DNA from: Nanobdellota archaeon
GTDB lineage: Archaea; Nanobdellota; Nanobdellia; SCGC-AAA011-G17; JACPNG01
Length of the DNA: 64,000 bases
Reading direction: 5' to 3'
NCBI GenBank assembly: GCA_038046345.1
Contig: JBBSWJ010000005.1
Span: forward strand, 1-64,000
The notes below the pieces were generated by a model that did not search any database, was not told where the DNA came from, and saw nothing but the letters and a program-made list of their open reading frames with translations. Below are positions 1 through 9,781 of this stretch, piece after piece (within the stretch, counting starts at the first letter, position 1; each line of letters begins with the position of its first letter). The translations under genes were made by a program, and so were the position numbers.

Positions 1-2
1 AA

Positions 3-74
3 AAAGAATATCCTGTTTTATGCCCAAATTGTAAATCTGCTTATTGGGATAAACCGCCTAGAAAGAAGAAATAA
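3..74 (+). CDS. 3' end of small Zn-ribbon-like protein (partial, starts before the window)
   Basis: Frame 3 reads KEYPVLCPNCKSAYWDKPPRKKK*; CPxC motif; not in the ORF track. Confidence 0.6.
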   Translation, partial: KEYPVLCPNCKSAYWDKPPRKKK

Positions 75-127
75 TTTTTTTAGTACAATAACTCCCGCTT
101 ACGTTACAATGCAGCTACATCAATAAA

Positions 128-135
128 TTTATAAA
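128..135 (+). promoter_or_regulatory. TATA box of rpl41e (probably leaderless mRNA)
   Basis: TTTATAAA 22 nt upstream of ATG 158. Confidence 0.5.
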
Positions 136-157
136 TACTAGCCCAAGTTTTTCTTTA

Positions 158-259
158 ATGAAACGTAGCTCTAGACGCTGGAAAAAGAAGGGTCAGATGA
201 GATGGAAGTGGCAGCGTAAGAAAATGAAGAAAGAAAAGCGTAAACGTAGAGCTGATTAG
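158..259 (+). CDS. rpl41e: ribosomal protein L41e (33 aa)
   Basis: MKRSSRRWKKKGQMRWKWQRKKMKKEKRKRRAD matches the archaeal L41e pattern KRSSRRWKKKGxMRWKW; below the ORF-track size cutoff. Confidence 0.85.
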   Translation: MKRSSRRWKKKGQMRWKWQRKKMKKEKRKRRAD

Positions 260-260
260 A

Positions 261-539
261 ATGGATCAGATTTCTAAAGATCGTTTAAAAAAATATTTTT
301 TGATAACTGAAGAAGCTCTTGCAAAAGTTAAATCTGCTCCAAAGAATAATATCAAACAGGCTAATAATATTATTGACATGGCTGAAAGGTATTTCTCTGA
401 TGCTAAACACTTTGAAAAAATTGGGGATTCTGTTACTGCGTTTGCTGCTTTGAATTATGCTCATGGCTGGCTTGATGCTGGTGCTGTTCTTAATATCTTT
501 TCCGTAAAAGATTCAAGATTATTTACCGTTGATGAATAG
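261..539 (+). CDS. DUF357 family protein
   Basis: MAERYFSDAKHF...AFAALNYAHGWLDAG signature. Confidence 0.85.
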   Translation: MDQISKDRLKKYFLITEEALAKVKSAPKNNIKQANNIIDMAERYFSDAKHFEKIGDSVTAFAALNYAHGWLDAGAVLNIFSVKDSRLFTVDE

Positions 540-569
540 TCTTAAAAACTTGTTTTGGATAGTAGCATA

Positions 570-1004
570 ATGAAAGTAATAATTGTTTCTGGTGTACCTG
601 GAACTGGTAAAACAACTCTGGCAAAAAAGCTTTCTAAGGAAAAAAATCTTAAATACATAGATGTTAATGCTCTTATTAAAAAAAATAAATTAGCTAATGG
701 TTTTGATAGGAGGCTTCATTCTAAGATTGTTGATGTAAAAAAACTTAATAAATTATTAATTGGTATTATTAAAAAATCTAAAAAAGATCTTATTATTGAT
801 TCTCATTTAGCGCACTATCTTCCTAAGAGGTATGTAACATTATGTATTGTTACTAAGACTTCTATTTCTAAATTGCGGAATAGATTAAAAAAAAGAAGAT
901 ATTCAAAAGTTAAAATTGAAGAAAATGTTGACGCTCAAAACTTTGATATTTGTTTTATTGAAGCTAAAGAGTTAGGACATAAAATAAAGGTTATAATAAC
1001 TTAA
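570..1004 (+). CDS. AK6/Fap7/hCINAP-type adenylate kinase / ribosome-biogenesis NTPase
   Basis: Walker A GVPGTGKTT; IIDSH (hhhDxH) motif; ATG 570 preferred over TTG 555. Confidence 0.85.
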   Translation: MKVIIVSGVPGTGKTTLAKKLSKEKNLKYIDVNALIKKNKLANGFDRRLHSKIVDVKKLNKLLIGIIKKSKKDLIIDSHLAHYLPKRYVTLCIVTKTSISKLRNRLKKRRYSKVKIEENVDAQNFDICFIEAKELGHKIKVIIT

Positions 1005-1011
1005 GATATAA

Positions 1012-1200
1012 TTATTCTTTCTTACTGAAAAATTCTGTGTAGTGGCAGGTACCGCAATAATTCCTGTCTTTATGCAGGGCCATGAATATACCATCTCCGC
1101 ATCTTGGACATGTTCTTCCACGCGTTAATTTTTCTCCAACTTTATACTTTTTCCATCGTTGTGATGGTTCTTTATTCTTTCTTTTCTTTTTGTTTCCCAT
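1012..1200 (-). CDS. rps27ae: 30S ribosomal protein S27ae
   Basis: [22 protein letters not shown] zinc finger. Confidence 0.92.
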   Translation of the reverse strand: MGNKKKRKNKEPSQRWKKYKVGEKLTRGRTCPRCGDGIFMALHKDRNYCGTCHYTEFFSKKE

Positions 1201-1462
1201 TTTTCTTATGTTTTGTTTCTATCTTATTTAGAGCTTCAGCTGAGCTGTAAACATGTGCGATTATTTTTGATTGCTGCAATCCAAACTGCGGGTATACATG
1301 CTGTATTTTTATGCAGTCTATTGTAGATTTCAGTTCTGTTGCTACTTCTTGTGAGATAGCTTCTATTTTTGGTGTGCTCATTCCTGGATGATCAAGCACA
1401 AATGTTATTCTCTTCCTTGACAATAATGGCAAATCTCGTTCTTTTATTATCTTGATGCTCAT
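1172..1462 (-). CDS. rps24e: 30S ribosomal protein S24e
   Basis: LLSRKRITF...TPK...FG...AHVY pattern; conserved gene order. Confidence 0.85.
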   Translation of the reverse strand: MSIKIIKERDLPLLSRKRITFVLDHPGMSTPKIEAISQEVATELKSTIDCIKIQHVYPQFGLQQSKIIAHVYSSAEALNKIETKHKKNGKQKEKKE

Positions 1463-1641
1463 CTTACTTTTATTACGTACTCTCCATTGTTTGTTATCCC
1501 TGTCTCTTTTGCTACTCTGGATTTTTCCACATTAAGTATATTAATTCTGCCCTGCCAACTGTCTGAAATGTTTTTTCCATGGCATATTTGACATTCATTT
1601 CCTTTTACAAATATCCTGCAATGTTTGCATACTTTTTTCAT
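1459..1641 (-). CDS. spt4: transcription elongation factor Spt4 (RpoE'')
   Basis: CKHC...CQIC...SDSWQG motif; follows rpoE'. Confidence 0.92.
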   Translation of the reverse strand: MKKVCKHCRIFVKGNECQICHGKNISDSWQGRINILNVEKSRVAKETGITNNGEYVIKVR

Positions 1642-2201
1642 TTTTTCTTAGTTGTGGTTATTGTCTTTTTTAATTCGTTATCAATCCACAACAGCGCTCC
1701 AAGTCTATGTTGCCTCATTGTTAGTCCAACCTTAGGGTTTGTTGGTTCTTTAAAGCTTACTGCAATTATTCTTGCTCTGCATTTATCGCCTACTTTTAAT
1801 GATTTTTTTGATTCTTTCCCGGCTAATATATTACTTTTTGAGAAGCTTACAAAGTCATCCATAGTCTGAGATACATGTACCATTCCGTCAATAACACCGA
1901 TATCAAGGAATGCACCAAAGTCAGTGATTTCATTTACCTTTCCGAGTAATATTTCTTGTACTTCTAATATGAATGTGTATAAAGTGAATGTTGTTTCGTA
2001 GTATGCTGCACCATCTCCAGGGATTATCACTCCGTCTCCAATTTCTGTAATCCCAGATACTCCTATGATTAGTCCTATGTCTTTTGATACAAATCCTTCA
2101 AACTGTTTATTCAAGCTTGCAAGCAAAGCTTTTTTAATGTCGCCACCAAATAGTTCAGGGGCCATTCTTACATGTGTTTTTACGGTTATTTCATAAAACA
2201 T
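1638..2201 (-). CDS. rpo7: RNA polymerase subunit Rpo7 (E')
   Basis: GVIIPGDGAAYY; S1 domain FGAFLDIGVIDGMVHVSQ; KVGLTMRQ. Confidence 0.95.
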   Translation of the reverse strand: MFYEITVKTHVRMAPELFGGDIKKALLASLNKQFEGFVSKDIGLIIGVSGITEIGDGVIIPGDGAAYYETTFTLYTFILEVQEILLGKVNEITDFGAFLDIGVIDGMVHVSQTMDDFVSFSKSNILAGKESKKSLKVGDKCRARIIAVSFKEPTNPKVGLTMRQHRLGALLWIDNELKKTITTTKKK

Positions 2202-2658
2202 TTTTGTTCACGATTATCATATATTTTTTTTGTCTTATTGTTATTATTGTTATTCCTTTTTTTATTAATCTTTGTTTTAAATTTTTATCCTGTGTTGCGA
2301 CGATGAATTTTTCTTTTTCTGCCATCTCTAGCAGTAATTCATCCACGCTTATTTTTTTATTTGTCCTTATTATCTTTATGCTATTCCTGGATACTAGTTC
2401 AAAGGCAAATTTTGATCCTTTTTTATTTTCTAGTTCTTCCAGTGTCTTTTCAAGTATGAATAACTCATACCTGAAGTCGCAGATTTTTTCTATTTCTCTT
2501 AAAACATCTACTTTGTCTTGTAAGAGGATGTTTGTATCGAGTATTATCCTCTGCATGTATCTTAAAATTCTTATGTTTGGTTTATAAATGTTTCTAGAAT
2601 TGGGGCAGGCCCACTGTAAAAATTTGTGTCTACTAAAAGAGTTTAATTTGCCGTTCAT
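2191..2658 (-). CDS. PIN-domain ribonuclease (Fcf1/Utp24-like)
   Basis: IILDTN...VD...VATQDKNLK; usual position upstream of rpoE'; true start probably MQRIILDTN. Confidence 0.85.
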   Translation of the reverse strand: MNGKLNSFSRHKFLQWACPNSRNIYKPNIRILRYMQRIILDTNILLQDKVDVLREIEKICDFRYELFILEKTLEELENKKGSKFAFELVSRNSIKIIRTNKKISVDELLLEMAEKEKFIVATQDKNLKQRLIKKGITIITIRQKKYMIIVNKNVL

Positions 2659-2720
2659 TTGAAAAAAGCTGATAGTATCATACTAAAACAATCACCAGAA
2701 AGCTTTAAATAATTCATATT

Positions 2721-3392
2721 TTGAATCAAACTATGAAAGCGACAAGTTTAGACCATTTAATGGTAAGCAGCCCGGAATTTGAAGGAAGTATTGCTTCTCT
2801 GCCAAAATCAGAGCAACGAGCGTTAAGGAAAGCTTATTGGTTAATACCAAGAGCCGGAAGAATTGTAATAGAGCATCTTTTATGGAAGTACCAAAATGCC
2901 AATGTTCAGAATGATGCTGGAGATAGAGGCATATCTGTTGTGATCACTGAACATTGGAGCCACCAAAAAGTCGGCAGTGGCAACAGATACAGTGTAGCCT
3001 TTAATAGGAATACACCCGGTCCTCAACATATAGACACTCAATATATGGATCATCCAGAGTTTAGTAGAAGAGTTAGATTTACTTATGATAATGACGGCAG
3101 ACTTTTAAGAGTTCAAGAGTATGATCTAAGTTCTGTTTTAAAAAGAGAAGTGCTTGTTGTCTATGATGATAGCGATGGGACTTGTATAGGAGAAGGAATT
3201 GTCTCAACTAGGCATAAAAATCCGCATATACGACGATGGTATGGCCCAGATGGATTAAAATTTGCTAAGGAAAATACAGAAACATGTGATGTAGTTCCTT
3301 TTTCGCCGCCAGCTGGTTATATGAGTACACCATGTAGAATTGATAACACACCCGCCGGCGTTCTAATTCGTAATATTGAGGTTATTATCTGA
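2721..3392 (+). CDS. hypothetical protein (223 aa)
   Basis: Long ORF behind BRE/TATA GAAAGCTTTAAATA; no family recognised. Confidence 0.55.
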   Translation: MNQTMKATSLDHLMVSSPEFEGSIASLPKSEQRALRKAYWLIPRAGRIVIEHLLWKYQNANVQNDAGDRGISVVITEHWSHQKVGSGNRYSVAFNRNTPGPQHIDTQYMDHPEFSRRVRFTYDNDGRLLRVQEYDLSSVLKREVLVVYDDSDGTCIGEGIVSTRHKNPHIRRWYGPDGLKFAKENTETCDVVPFSPPAGYMSTPCRIDNTPAGVLIRNIEVII

Positions 3393-3398
3393 ACTAAA

Positions 3399-3734
3399 AT
3401 GGATGAAGAATATATCAGACTAATGATTCCAGGTGAAATGCCAGGAGATACAACTACTTTGAATGTACCACTAACAGCAGATAATATTTTACCATTTATA
3501 TATAATGGGATTTATGCTGAAAATATTTTGTTGGACATGCTTGATAAAAAAATTACAGCAGAGACAGCTGTTGATGGTATAGAAAGATTATTGGCTATAG
3601 ATGGATTACCAAATCCCGTAGTTAGTTATCTTCAAAAAATTATTAAAAGAGTTAACAACCTTCTTCCAGGTGATGAAATAGACCGGTTATTTTATAGTTT
3701 AGCCCCACCATATAGACCATCATCTCTTCAATAA
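3399..3734 (+). CDS. hypothetical protein (111 aa)
   Basis: ORF 6 nt after the previous one; no family recognised. Confidence 0.55.
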   Translation: MDEEYIRLMIPGEMPGDTTTLNVPLTADNILPFIYNGIYAENILLDMLDKKITAETAVDGIERLLAIDGLPNPVVSYLQKIIKRVNNLLPGDEIDRLFYSLAPPYRPSSLQ

Positions 3735-3986
3735 TCTTTGAGTTCTTTACAAGTCTGCCATTTTTCTTATTTTTTTCTCTCAATATTATTCTTTTGCCAA
3801 GAAAACTAGTTATAAAATAATAATTAATATTCTTGTCCAGTCTGATGAATTTTAATTCAGAATATAAAATGTTTAAGCATGGAAAAAATCAATAGTAATA
3901 TGAAATAAAAAAAACAAAACGATAGTTTTATAAGCAGAATAATCTACGCTTATTTCGTAAGGAGAAAAAAATAAGGTATTTTCTTT

Positions 3987-4319
3987 ATGTCAATAAAAAA
4001 ATTATTACCGTCAATGAAGGAAAGACAGCGATATATTGCTTATGCTGTACATAGCACAAAACAGTTTAATAGGCTAGAAGTAAGAAGGGCTATAGAAACA
4101 GAGTTATTAAGATTCTTAGGTGAAAATGGATATTCTCAGGCCGGTATACAATTATTAACTGATGGTGTTATAAGGGTTGATCATAAGTCTATACCAGAAA
4201 CAATTACTGGGCTTAGTATGATAAACCATATAAATGGTGTTCCAGCAGCAATAAGAACAGTAACTACTTCAGGAATACTTAAAAAAGCTAAAATAGCATT
4301 TAAAAGGAGGGATAATTAA
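3987..4319 (+). CDS. rnp2: RNase P protein Pop5/Rpp14
   Basis: LLPSMKERQRYIAY...TTSGILKKAK; upstream of psmA. Confidence 0.9.
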   Translation: MSIKKLLPSMKERQRYIAYAVHSTKQFNRLEVRRAIETELLRFLGENGYSQAGIQLLTDGVIRVDHKSIPETITGLSMINHINGVPAAIRTVTTSGILKKAKIAFKRRDN

Positions 4320-4320
4320 C

Positions 4321-5031
4321 ATGCAACCAGTACAACATCAGATGATGGGTTATGATAGAACATCTGCAATGTTCAGCCCTGACGGAAGGCTACTCCAGGT
4401 AGAGTACGCAAAGAAAACAGTAAAACAAGGCACAAGTGCGTTAGGAATTGTATGCAAGGATGGAGTATTATTAATAGCTGATAAAAGAATAATAGAAAAA
4501 TTGATCATACCTCAGAGCGTTGAGAAAATATCAGAAGTCGACGAGCACATAGGGGCAACTGCGTCTGGGATACTTTCAGATGGCAGGATATTGATAGAAA
4601 GAGCTCAAATATTGGCTCAACAAAATAGGATAACTTATGGGGCTCCAATAGATGTAATAACAGTTGTAAAAGATATTTGTGACATGAAACAGTTCTATAC
4701 TCAAGTCGGTGGTGCTAGACCATTCGGGGTGTCAATACTGTTTGCGGGTGTGGTAGAAAAACCAGAGTTGTATGTTACTGACCCAACAGGAATATTCTTT
4801 TCTTACAAGGCAACAGCAATAGGTGAGGCAGAAACTGAGCTAAGAGAGCTTCTTGAAAAGAGTTATAAAGATAACATAAGTATTAACGATGGATTAAAAT
4901 TGGGAATAAATGCTCTTAAAAAAGTGCTTGGGAAGGATTTTGATTTAGGGAGAATTGATGCAGCAGTGATAAGCACAACTGATAAAAAGTTTAGTAGGAT
5001 AACACCAGAGAAATTATCAAAAATAGTGTAA
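4321..5031 (+). CDS. psmA: proteasome alpha subunit
   Basis: GYDRTSAMFSPDGRLLQVEYA signature. Confidence 0.97.
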   Translation: MQPVQHQMMGYDRTSAMFSPDGRLLQVEYAKKTVKQGTSALGIVCKDGVLLIADKRIIEKLIIPQSVEKISEVDEHIGATASGILSDGRILIERAQILAQQNRITYGAPIDVITVVKDICDMKQFYTQVGGARPFGVSILFAGVVEKPELYVTDPTGIFFSYKATAIGEAETELRELLEKSYKDNISINDGLKLGINALKKVLGKDFDLGRIDAAVISTTDKKFSRITPEKLSKIV

Positions 5032-5032
5032 T

Positions 5033-5740
5033 ATGGTAGATGTAGACAAAGCAGTAATAGCACGGATAAATAAGAACGGAAAACATTTTGAAATCTTAGT
5101 AGATTGTGATAAAGCAGTCGAATATAAGGCTGGAAAAGGAAAGATTGATGACGTAACAGCCACAAAAGGTATTTTTAATGCAATAAGAAGCGCAGAGTTA
5201 GCTACTGAAGCATCATTAAACCAGTCTTTTGGTACAACTGATGTGAAAAAGATAGCTGATATAATAATAAAGGAAGGAGAGATACAGCTAACAACTGAGT
5301 ACAAACATAAATTAAGAGAGGAAAAGAAAAAACAGATTATAACACTGATACAACGAAATGCGATAAATCCTCAAAATAATTTACCTCACCCGCCTAGCAG
5401 AATTGAAGCAGCATTAGACGAAGCGCGTGTAAAGATTGACGAGTTCAAAAGAGCTGAAGAGCAGTTAGATGGGATAGTTAAGCGATTAGTAACGATATTA
5501 CCATTAAGATTTGAAACAAGGAAATTAAAAATAGTTATTCCTGCACAGTATGGCGGGCAGAGTTATCATGTTATAAAAACAAGGGGTAAATTAATAAAGG
5601 ACTCATGGAATCCGGATGGTAGCTTATCTGCAACGATTGAGATACCTGCAGGGATGCAAGAAGATTTAGAAAACGTTTTAAACTCAATAACTCACGGTGA
5701 AGCAACAATAGAATTACAAGAACGTAAAGGAGAGAGATAA
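5033..5740 (+). CDS. sdo1: ribosome maturation factor SBDS/Sdo1
   Basis: HFEILVD; EGEIQLTTEY; NPQNNLPHPPSRIE. Confidence 0.95.
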   Translation: MVDVDKAVIARINKNGKHFEILVDCDKAVEYKAGKGKIDDVTATKGIFNAIRSAELATEASLNQSFGTTDVKKIADIIIKEGEIQLTTEYKHKLREEKKKQIITLIQRNAINPQNNLPHPPSRIEAALDEARVKIDEFKRAEEQLDGIVKRLVTILPLRFETRKLKIVIPAQYGGQSYHVIKTRGKLIKDSWNPDGSLSATIEIPAGMQEDLENVLNSITHGEATIELQERKGER

Positions 5741-5742
5741 GA

Positions 5743-6429
5743 ATGGGATTATTAGTAAAGGAAAGGGATGTAGCAATACCAGGGGATGAACTAGCTGAGG
5801 GAATGGATAATCTACCAGCTCAAGGCAGTTATAGAGATGGTGACAAAATTATAGCAAACCAGCTTGGTGTAGTGACAATACAAGGTCGGCTTATACGCAT
5901 AGTTCCATTACGTGGTAGATATGAAGCAAAAGCTGGTGATTTGGTTATAGGTAAGGTAGTAAACATTGGATTTTCATCATGGTCAATTGATATTAGTACG
6001 GCATACGATGCTCAGATTAGCTTAAAGGAAGGAACATCTGATTATGTTGAGCGTGGCTCAGATCTTACACAATATTATGATTTTGGTGATTTGGTTGTTG
6101 CGAAAATAACTAATGTTAGTACTGGGAAATTAGTTGATTTAACTATGAAAGGGCCAGGGCTTAGAAAGTTAGTTGGTGGTAGAACATTAATTGTTGCATC
6201 ATCGAAGGTTCCTAGAATAATTGGAAAACAGGGCAGTATGATTACAATGATCAAAGATTATACTGGATGTAGAATAAGTGTTGGGCAGAATGGTATCGTA
6301 TGGTTGTCTGGGTCTGATAATAAGAGTGAGGCTTTAGCAATAGAGGCAATAGAGCTTATTCAAAAGGAAGCTCACACTGAAGGATTAACTGAGAGGATAA
6401 AAGAATTATTGGAGAAAAATAAAAAATGA
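5743..6429 (+). CDS. rrp4: exosome RNA-binding subunit Rrp4
   Basis: S1 domain plus KH domain (KVPRIIGKQGSMI; VGQNGIVW). Confidence 0.95.
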   Translation: MGLLVKERDVAIPGDELAEGMDNLPAQGSYRDGDKIIANQLGVVTIQGRLIRIVPLRGRYEAKAGDLVIGKVVNIGFSSWSIDISTAYDAQISLKEGTSDYVERGSDLTQYYDFGDLVVAKITNVSTGKLVDLTMKGPGLRKLVGGRTLIVASSKVPRIIGKQGSMITMIKDYTGCRISVGQNGIVWLSGSDNKSEALAIEAIELIQKEAHTEGLTERIKELLEKNKK

Positions 6430-7130
6430 CTTATACAAAAAGAAATGATGGAAGAAGATTTGATGAGCTAAGACCAATGGAAGCAAAAGTTGGTGTTATA
6501 AAACGAGCTGACGGATCAGCAATGTTTAAGATTGGTAGTACGATTGCGTATGCTTCAGTTTATGGACCAAGGGCATTACATCCAACATTTATGAGAAATC
6601 CAGAACATGGGTTATTAAGGTGTAATTATAACATGATGGCCTTTTCAGGTTCTGGAGATCGAGTAAGGCCTGGGCCTAGCAGGCGTAGTAAAGAGATAAG
6701 TCAGGTAACTAAGAATGCTTTAGAACCAGTTTTGGATCTTACAAACTATCCAAACATGGTAGTTGATATATTTGTGGAATTATTACAAACCGATGCCGGT
6801 ACGAGGTGTGCTGGTATTTGTGCTGCTGCTATGGCATTAGCAGATGCAGGGTTTAGTATGAAGGATATGGTAAGTGCAGTATCTGTTGGATTAGTTGGGG
6901 ACAAAGTTGTTGTTGATTTAGACAAAGAAGAAGAAGATTATGAAGATGGTTCAGTTGATATACCTGTAGCAATGACTCATAGGCACAAGAAGATTACTCT
7001 GTTGCAGTTAGATGGGATAATACCGGAGAAGCAATTACAGGAAGCTTTAAAAAAAGCTGAAGAAGCATGTGAAAGCATACATAAAGTACAGAGAAAAGCA
7101 ATGTTGGAAGGTTACAAACATGGATTATAA
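6426..7130 (+). CDS. rrp41: exosome catalytic subunit Rrp41
   Basis: RNDGRRFDELRP; SRRSKEIS; DAGTRCAGI (RNase PH fold). Confidence 0.95.
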   Translation: MTYTKRNDGRRFDELRPMEAKVGVIKRADGSAMFKIGSTIAYASVYGPRALHPTFMRNPEHGLLRCNYNMMAFSGSGDRVRPGPSRRSKEISQVTKNALEPVLDLTNYPNMVVDIFVELLQTDAGTRCAGICAAAMALADAGFSMKDMVSAVSVGLVGDKVVVDLDKEEEDYEDGSVDIPVAMTHRHKKITLLQLDGIIPEKQLQEALKKAEEACESIHKVQRKAMLEGYKHGL

Positions 7131-7908
7131 TCCTAAAGGATTCATAAAAGGTCTATGCTCTAAAGGGGAGAGGTTAGATGGAAGAAAACTTGACGAATAT
7201 AGAAATATTACTGTTGAATTAGGTGTATCATCCAGGAGCGCTGAAGGTAGTGCAAGAGTAAGAATAGGTGATACTGAGGTAGTGGCAGGTGTAAAGTTGT
7301 CAGCAGATAAACCATATCCTGACAGGCCTGATGAAGGTACAATAATAGTAAATGTAGAGTTATTACCGTTGGCTTCACCAGATTTTGAAAGTGGTCCTCC
7401 AAGTATTGATGCTATTGGGTTATCAAGGGTTGTAGACCGTGGTATAAGAGAAAGCAAAGCTCTAAACTTTAACAAATTAGTGATAGAGAAAGGTGAGAAA
7501 GTATGGATGGTGTTTATAGATATATATCCTTTGAATAATGCAGGTAATATAGCTGATGCAGCATCTTTAGCAGCTATGGCTGCATTGCAGGATGCAGTAT
7601 TTCCTAAGTATGATAAAAAAACAGAGTTAGTAACTTATGAAAAAACAACTAAAAAATTACCTATTGAGAGAGTACCGATCAGTACAACTATATTAAAAAT
7701 TGGGGATAAACTATTAGTTGACCCAACTGTTGAAGAAGAATATGTAGCAGATGCATCATTGATGGTATCTACTCTTGAAAAAAATCAAGTTTGTGCAATG
7801 CAAAAGCATGGTAGAGAACCATTATCCATTAATGAAGTTGATGCTATTGTGACATTAAGTTTAAACAAGAGGGACATACTTAAAAATGCACTGGAAAACG
7901 CAAGATGA
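7120..7908 (+). CDS. rrp42: exosome subunit Rrp42
   Basis: [11 protein letters not shown]; [14 protein letters not shown]; ESGPP; ATG 7120 preferred. Confidence 0.95.
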   Translation: MDYNPKGFIKGLCSKGERLDGRKLDEYRNITVELGVSSRSAEGSARVRIGDTEVVAGVKLSADKPYPDRPDEGTIIVNVELLPLASPDFESGPPSIDAIGLSRVVDRGIRESKALNFNKLVIEKGEKVWMVFIDIYPLNNAGNIADAASLAAMAALQDAVFPKYDKKTELVTYEKTTKKLPIERVPISTTILKIGDKLLVDPTVEEEYVADASLMVSTLEKNQVCAMQKHGREPLSINEVDAIVTLSLNKRDILKNALENAR

Positions 7909-8117
7909 TTAAGTACACAAAATATGAAAAGGCAAGAATAATTGGAGCAAGAGCTTTGCAGATCGCTATGGGGGCTCCATTGCTGCTTGAGTTAAGTGAT
8001 GAAGACTTACAGAGAATACAGTTAAATCCAATAACAATTGCTAAGATGGAATTTGATCAAGAAGTTATTCCCATAACAATAAGAAGGCCGTTGCCTAAAA
8101 ATCCAAAGCTAAAGTAA
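7905..8117 (+). CDS. rpo6: RNA polymerase subunit Rpo6 (K)
   Basis: [22 protein letters not shown]. Confidence 0.96.
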   Translation: MIKYTKYEKARIIGARALQIAMGAPLLLELSDEDLQRIQLNPITIAKMEFDQEVIPITIRRPLPKNPKLK

Positions 8118-8171
8118 TATTAGTTAATCTTAATGATAATATTTAAATAACATAATATACTATTCATTCAA

Positions 8172-9278
8172 ATGATTATAAAAGGGGTAAGAGCTGAAAA
8201 AATATTAGCAGCTGATGGTAGTTCAACGCTTAAAGTAACAATAAATAATAATTATTCAGCATCAGTACCTTCAACAGGTAAATTATCACCGTCTACGATA
8301 AGGTTTCTGAATACTTCAAAAAAATTTATTGGTATTGATATAAATAATTTCGATGAATTAGCTAAGCTAGAAGAATTTGAAGAAAAATTAGGTAAAAATG
8401 GTATTTTAGCATTGCAATATGCTGCTTTAAGAGCAGTTGCAGATAAGGATTCAGTATGGTATTATCTTAATAAAAAAGCAAGGTTAATGCCAACCCCATT
8501 AGGTGCTATAATCGGTGGCGGTAAACAAACTATCAAAAGCTCCAGTGATATCCAAGAATTTTTGTTAATTCCTCAAGGGAAAACATTTCAGGATAATGCG
8601 TTAGCTAATGAGTTAGTTTGGAGAAAAGTAAAAAAAGATTATCCTCGTAATCCTATTACTGATCAAGGTGCGTTTGTATTGAGAAAGAGCAGTGCAGAAA
8701 TATTAAGTTACCTCAGTGATTTAATAAGCAATTTAGGATTAGGATTTCCTGTGCATTTAGGTGTGGATATAGCTGCATCAAACCTTTATAGATCTGGTAA
8801 GTATAGTTATCGATGTTATTCTGCTAAAACACAGAATAAGTCTATGTCTAAAGATGGACAGGTAGGTTTTATCAATCATTTAGTAAAAGAATATGATTTA
8901 AAGTATGTAGAAGACCCATTACATCTAGAAGACGTTTGTGATTATGCAAAGATACAAAGCAAAATAGTGTGCGGTGATGATGTAACATGCACAGATATTA
9001 ATTTATTAAAAAAATATAAAAATCATCTTTCAGCTGTTATTATCAAACCAGATCAAGTAGGTTCTGTTGTAAAAACAAAGGAAGTAATAAGTTATTGTGA
9101 TGATAATGATATCATTCCTGTAATGTCTCATCAGTTGGCTGATACATCTGATGATATGATAAGTCATTTATCTGTAGCTTGGTGTACTCCGTTTATAAAA
9201 TGTGGTATACAAGGTCGTGAGATGAGGGCAAAGATACAAACACTGCAGGCTATAGGGAGACAAATAGAGCTTTATTGA
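8172..9278 (+). CDS. eno: enolase-family protein with eroded active site
   Basis: QEFLL, GVDIAAS, VEDP, GDD and IKPDQVGS retained; several catalytic motifs altered (see findings). Confidence 0.8.
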   Translation: MIIKGVRAEKILAADGSSTLKVTINNNYSASVPSTGKLSPSTIRFLNTSKKFIGIDINNFDELAKLEEFEEKLGKNGILALQYAALRAVADKDSVWYYLNKKARLMPTPLGAIIGGGKQTIKSSSDIQEFLLIPQGKTFQDNALANELVWRKVKKDYPRNPITDQGAFVLRKSSAEILSYLSDLISNLGLGFPVHLGVDIAASNLYRSGKYSYRCYSAKTQNKSMSKDGQVGFINHLVKEYDLKYVEDPLHLEDVCDYAKIQSKIVCGDDVTCTDINLLKKYKNHLSAVIIKPDQVGSVVKTKEVISYCDDNDIIPVMSHQLADTSDDMISHLSVAWCTPFIKCGIQGREMRAKIQTLQAIGRQIELY

Positions 9279-9781
9279 TTGCGAATGTAAGTATCAAAAT
9301 CATATCCATCATGTATCACACTTTGTTGTATGGTCCATTCAGAACCTATTTCTGGAAAAAATGAATCACCATCTGGTATATTTTTATGCACTCGTGTTAT
9401 TTCTAAACAATCAGCAATACCAATTGTTGCTTGGTATATCTCTCCGCCCCCGATTATATATAATATGCTATAATCAATACCTTCAAGAAATGGTATTTCT
9501 TGTTTTAAATCTCTAATTGCATCATTTAATGATGTAGCAAAATAAACATTCAGATGATTTGTTTCTTGTTTTGTTCTGCTTAAAACAATGTTTAATCTCT
9601 TTGGTAAAGGCCTGCCAAGTCTTTTAATTATTGAATCATAAGTTTTTCTTCCAGCTAAAACAGGATGTTTCTGTGTTAAATCCTTAAATCTTTTTAGGTC
9701 ATCAGGAATATACCATGGTATATCATCATTTTTTCCTATAACGCCATTATCCGAAACTGCTGCTATTATTTTTGTTTCCAT
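9272..9781 (-). CDS. folA: dihydrofolate reductase
   Basis: IAAVSDNGVIGKNDDIPWYIPDDLKRFK; GRKTYDSI; RPLPKRLNIVLSR; IIGGGEIY; GDSFFPE. Confidence 0.95.
   Translation of the reverse strand: METKIIAAVSDNGVIGKNDDIPWYIPDDLKRFKDLTQKHPVLAGRKTYDSIIKRLGRPLPKRLNIVLSRTKQETNHLNVYFATSLNDAIRDLKQEIPFLEGIDYSILYIIGGGEIYQATIGIADCLEITRVHKNIPDGDSFFPEIGSEWTIQQSVIHDGYDFDTYIRNQ

Noticed and set aside
3735-3986. Possible minus-strand open frame between the ORFans and rnp2
   Set aside because: No start codon after the upstream in-frame stop; no motif
3987-8117. Pop5-proteasome-Sdo1-exosome-rpoK cluster as a novel system
   Set aside because: A well-known conserved archaeal superoperon
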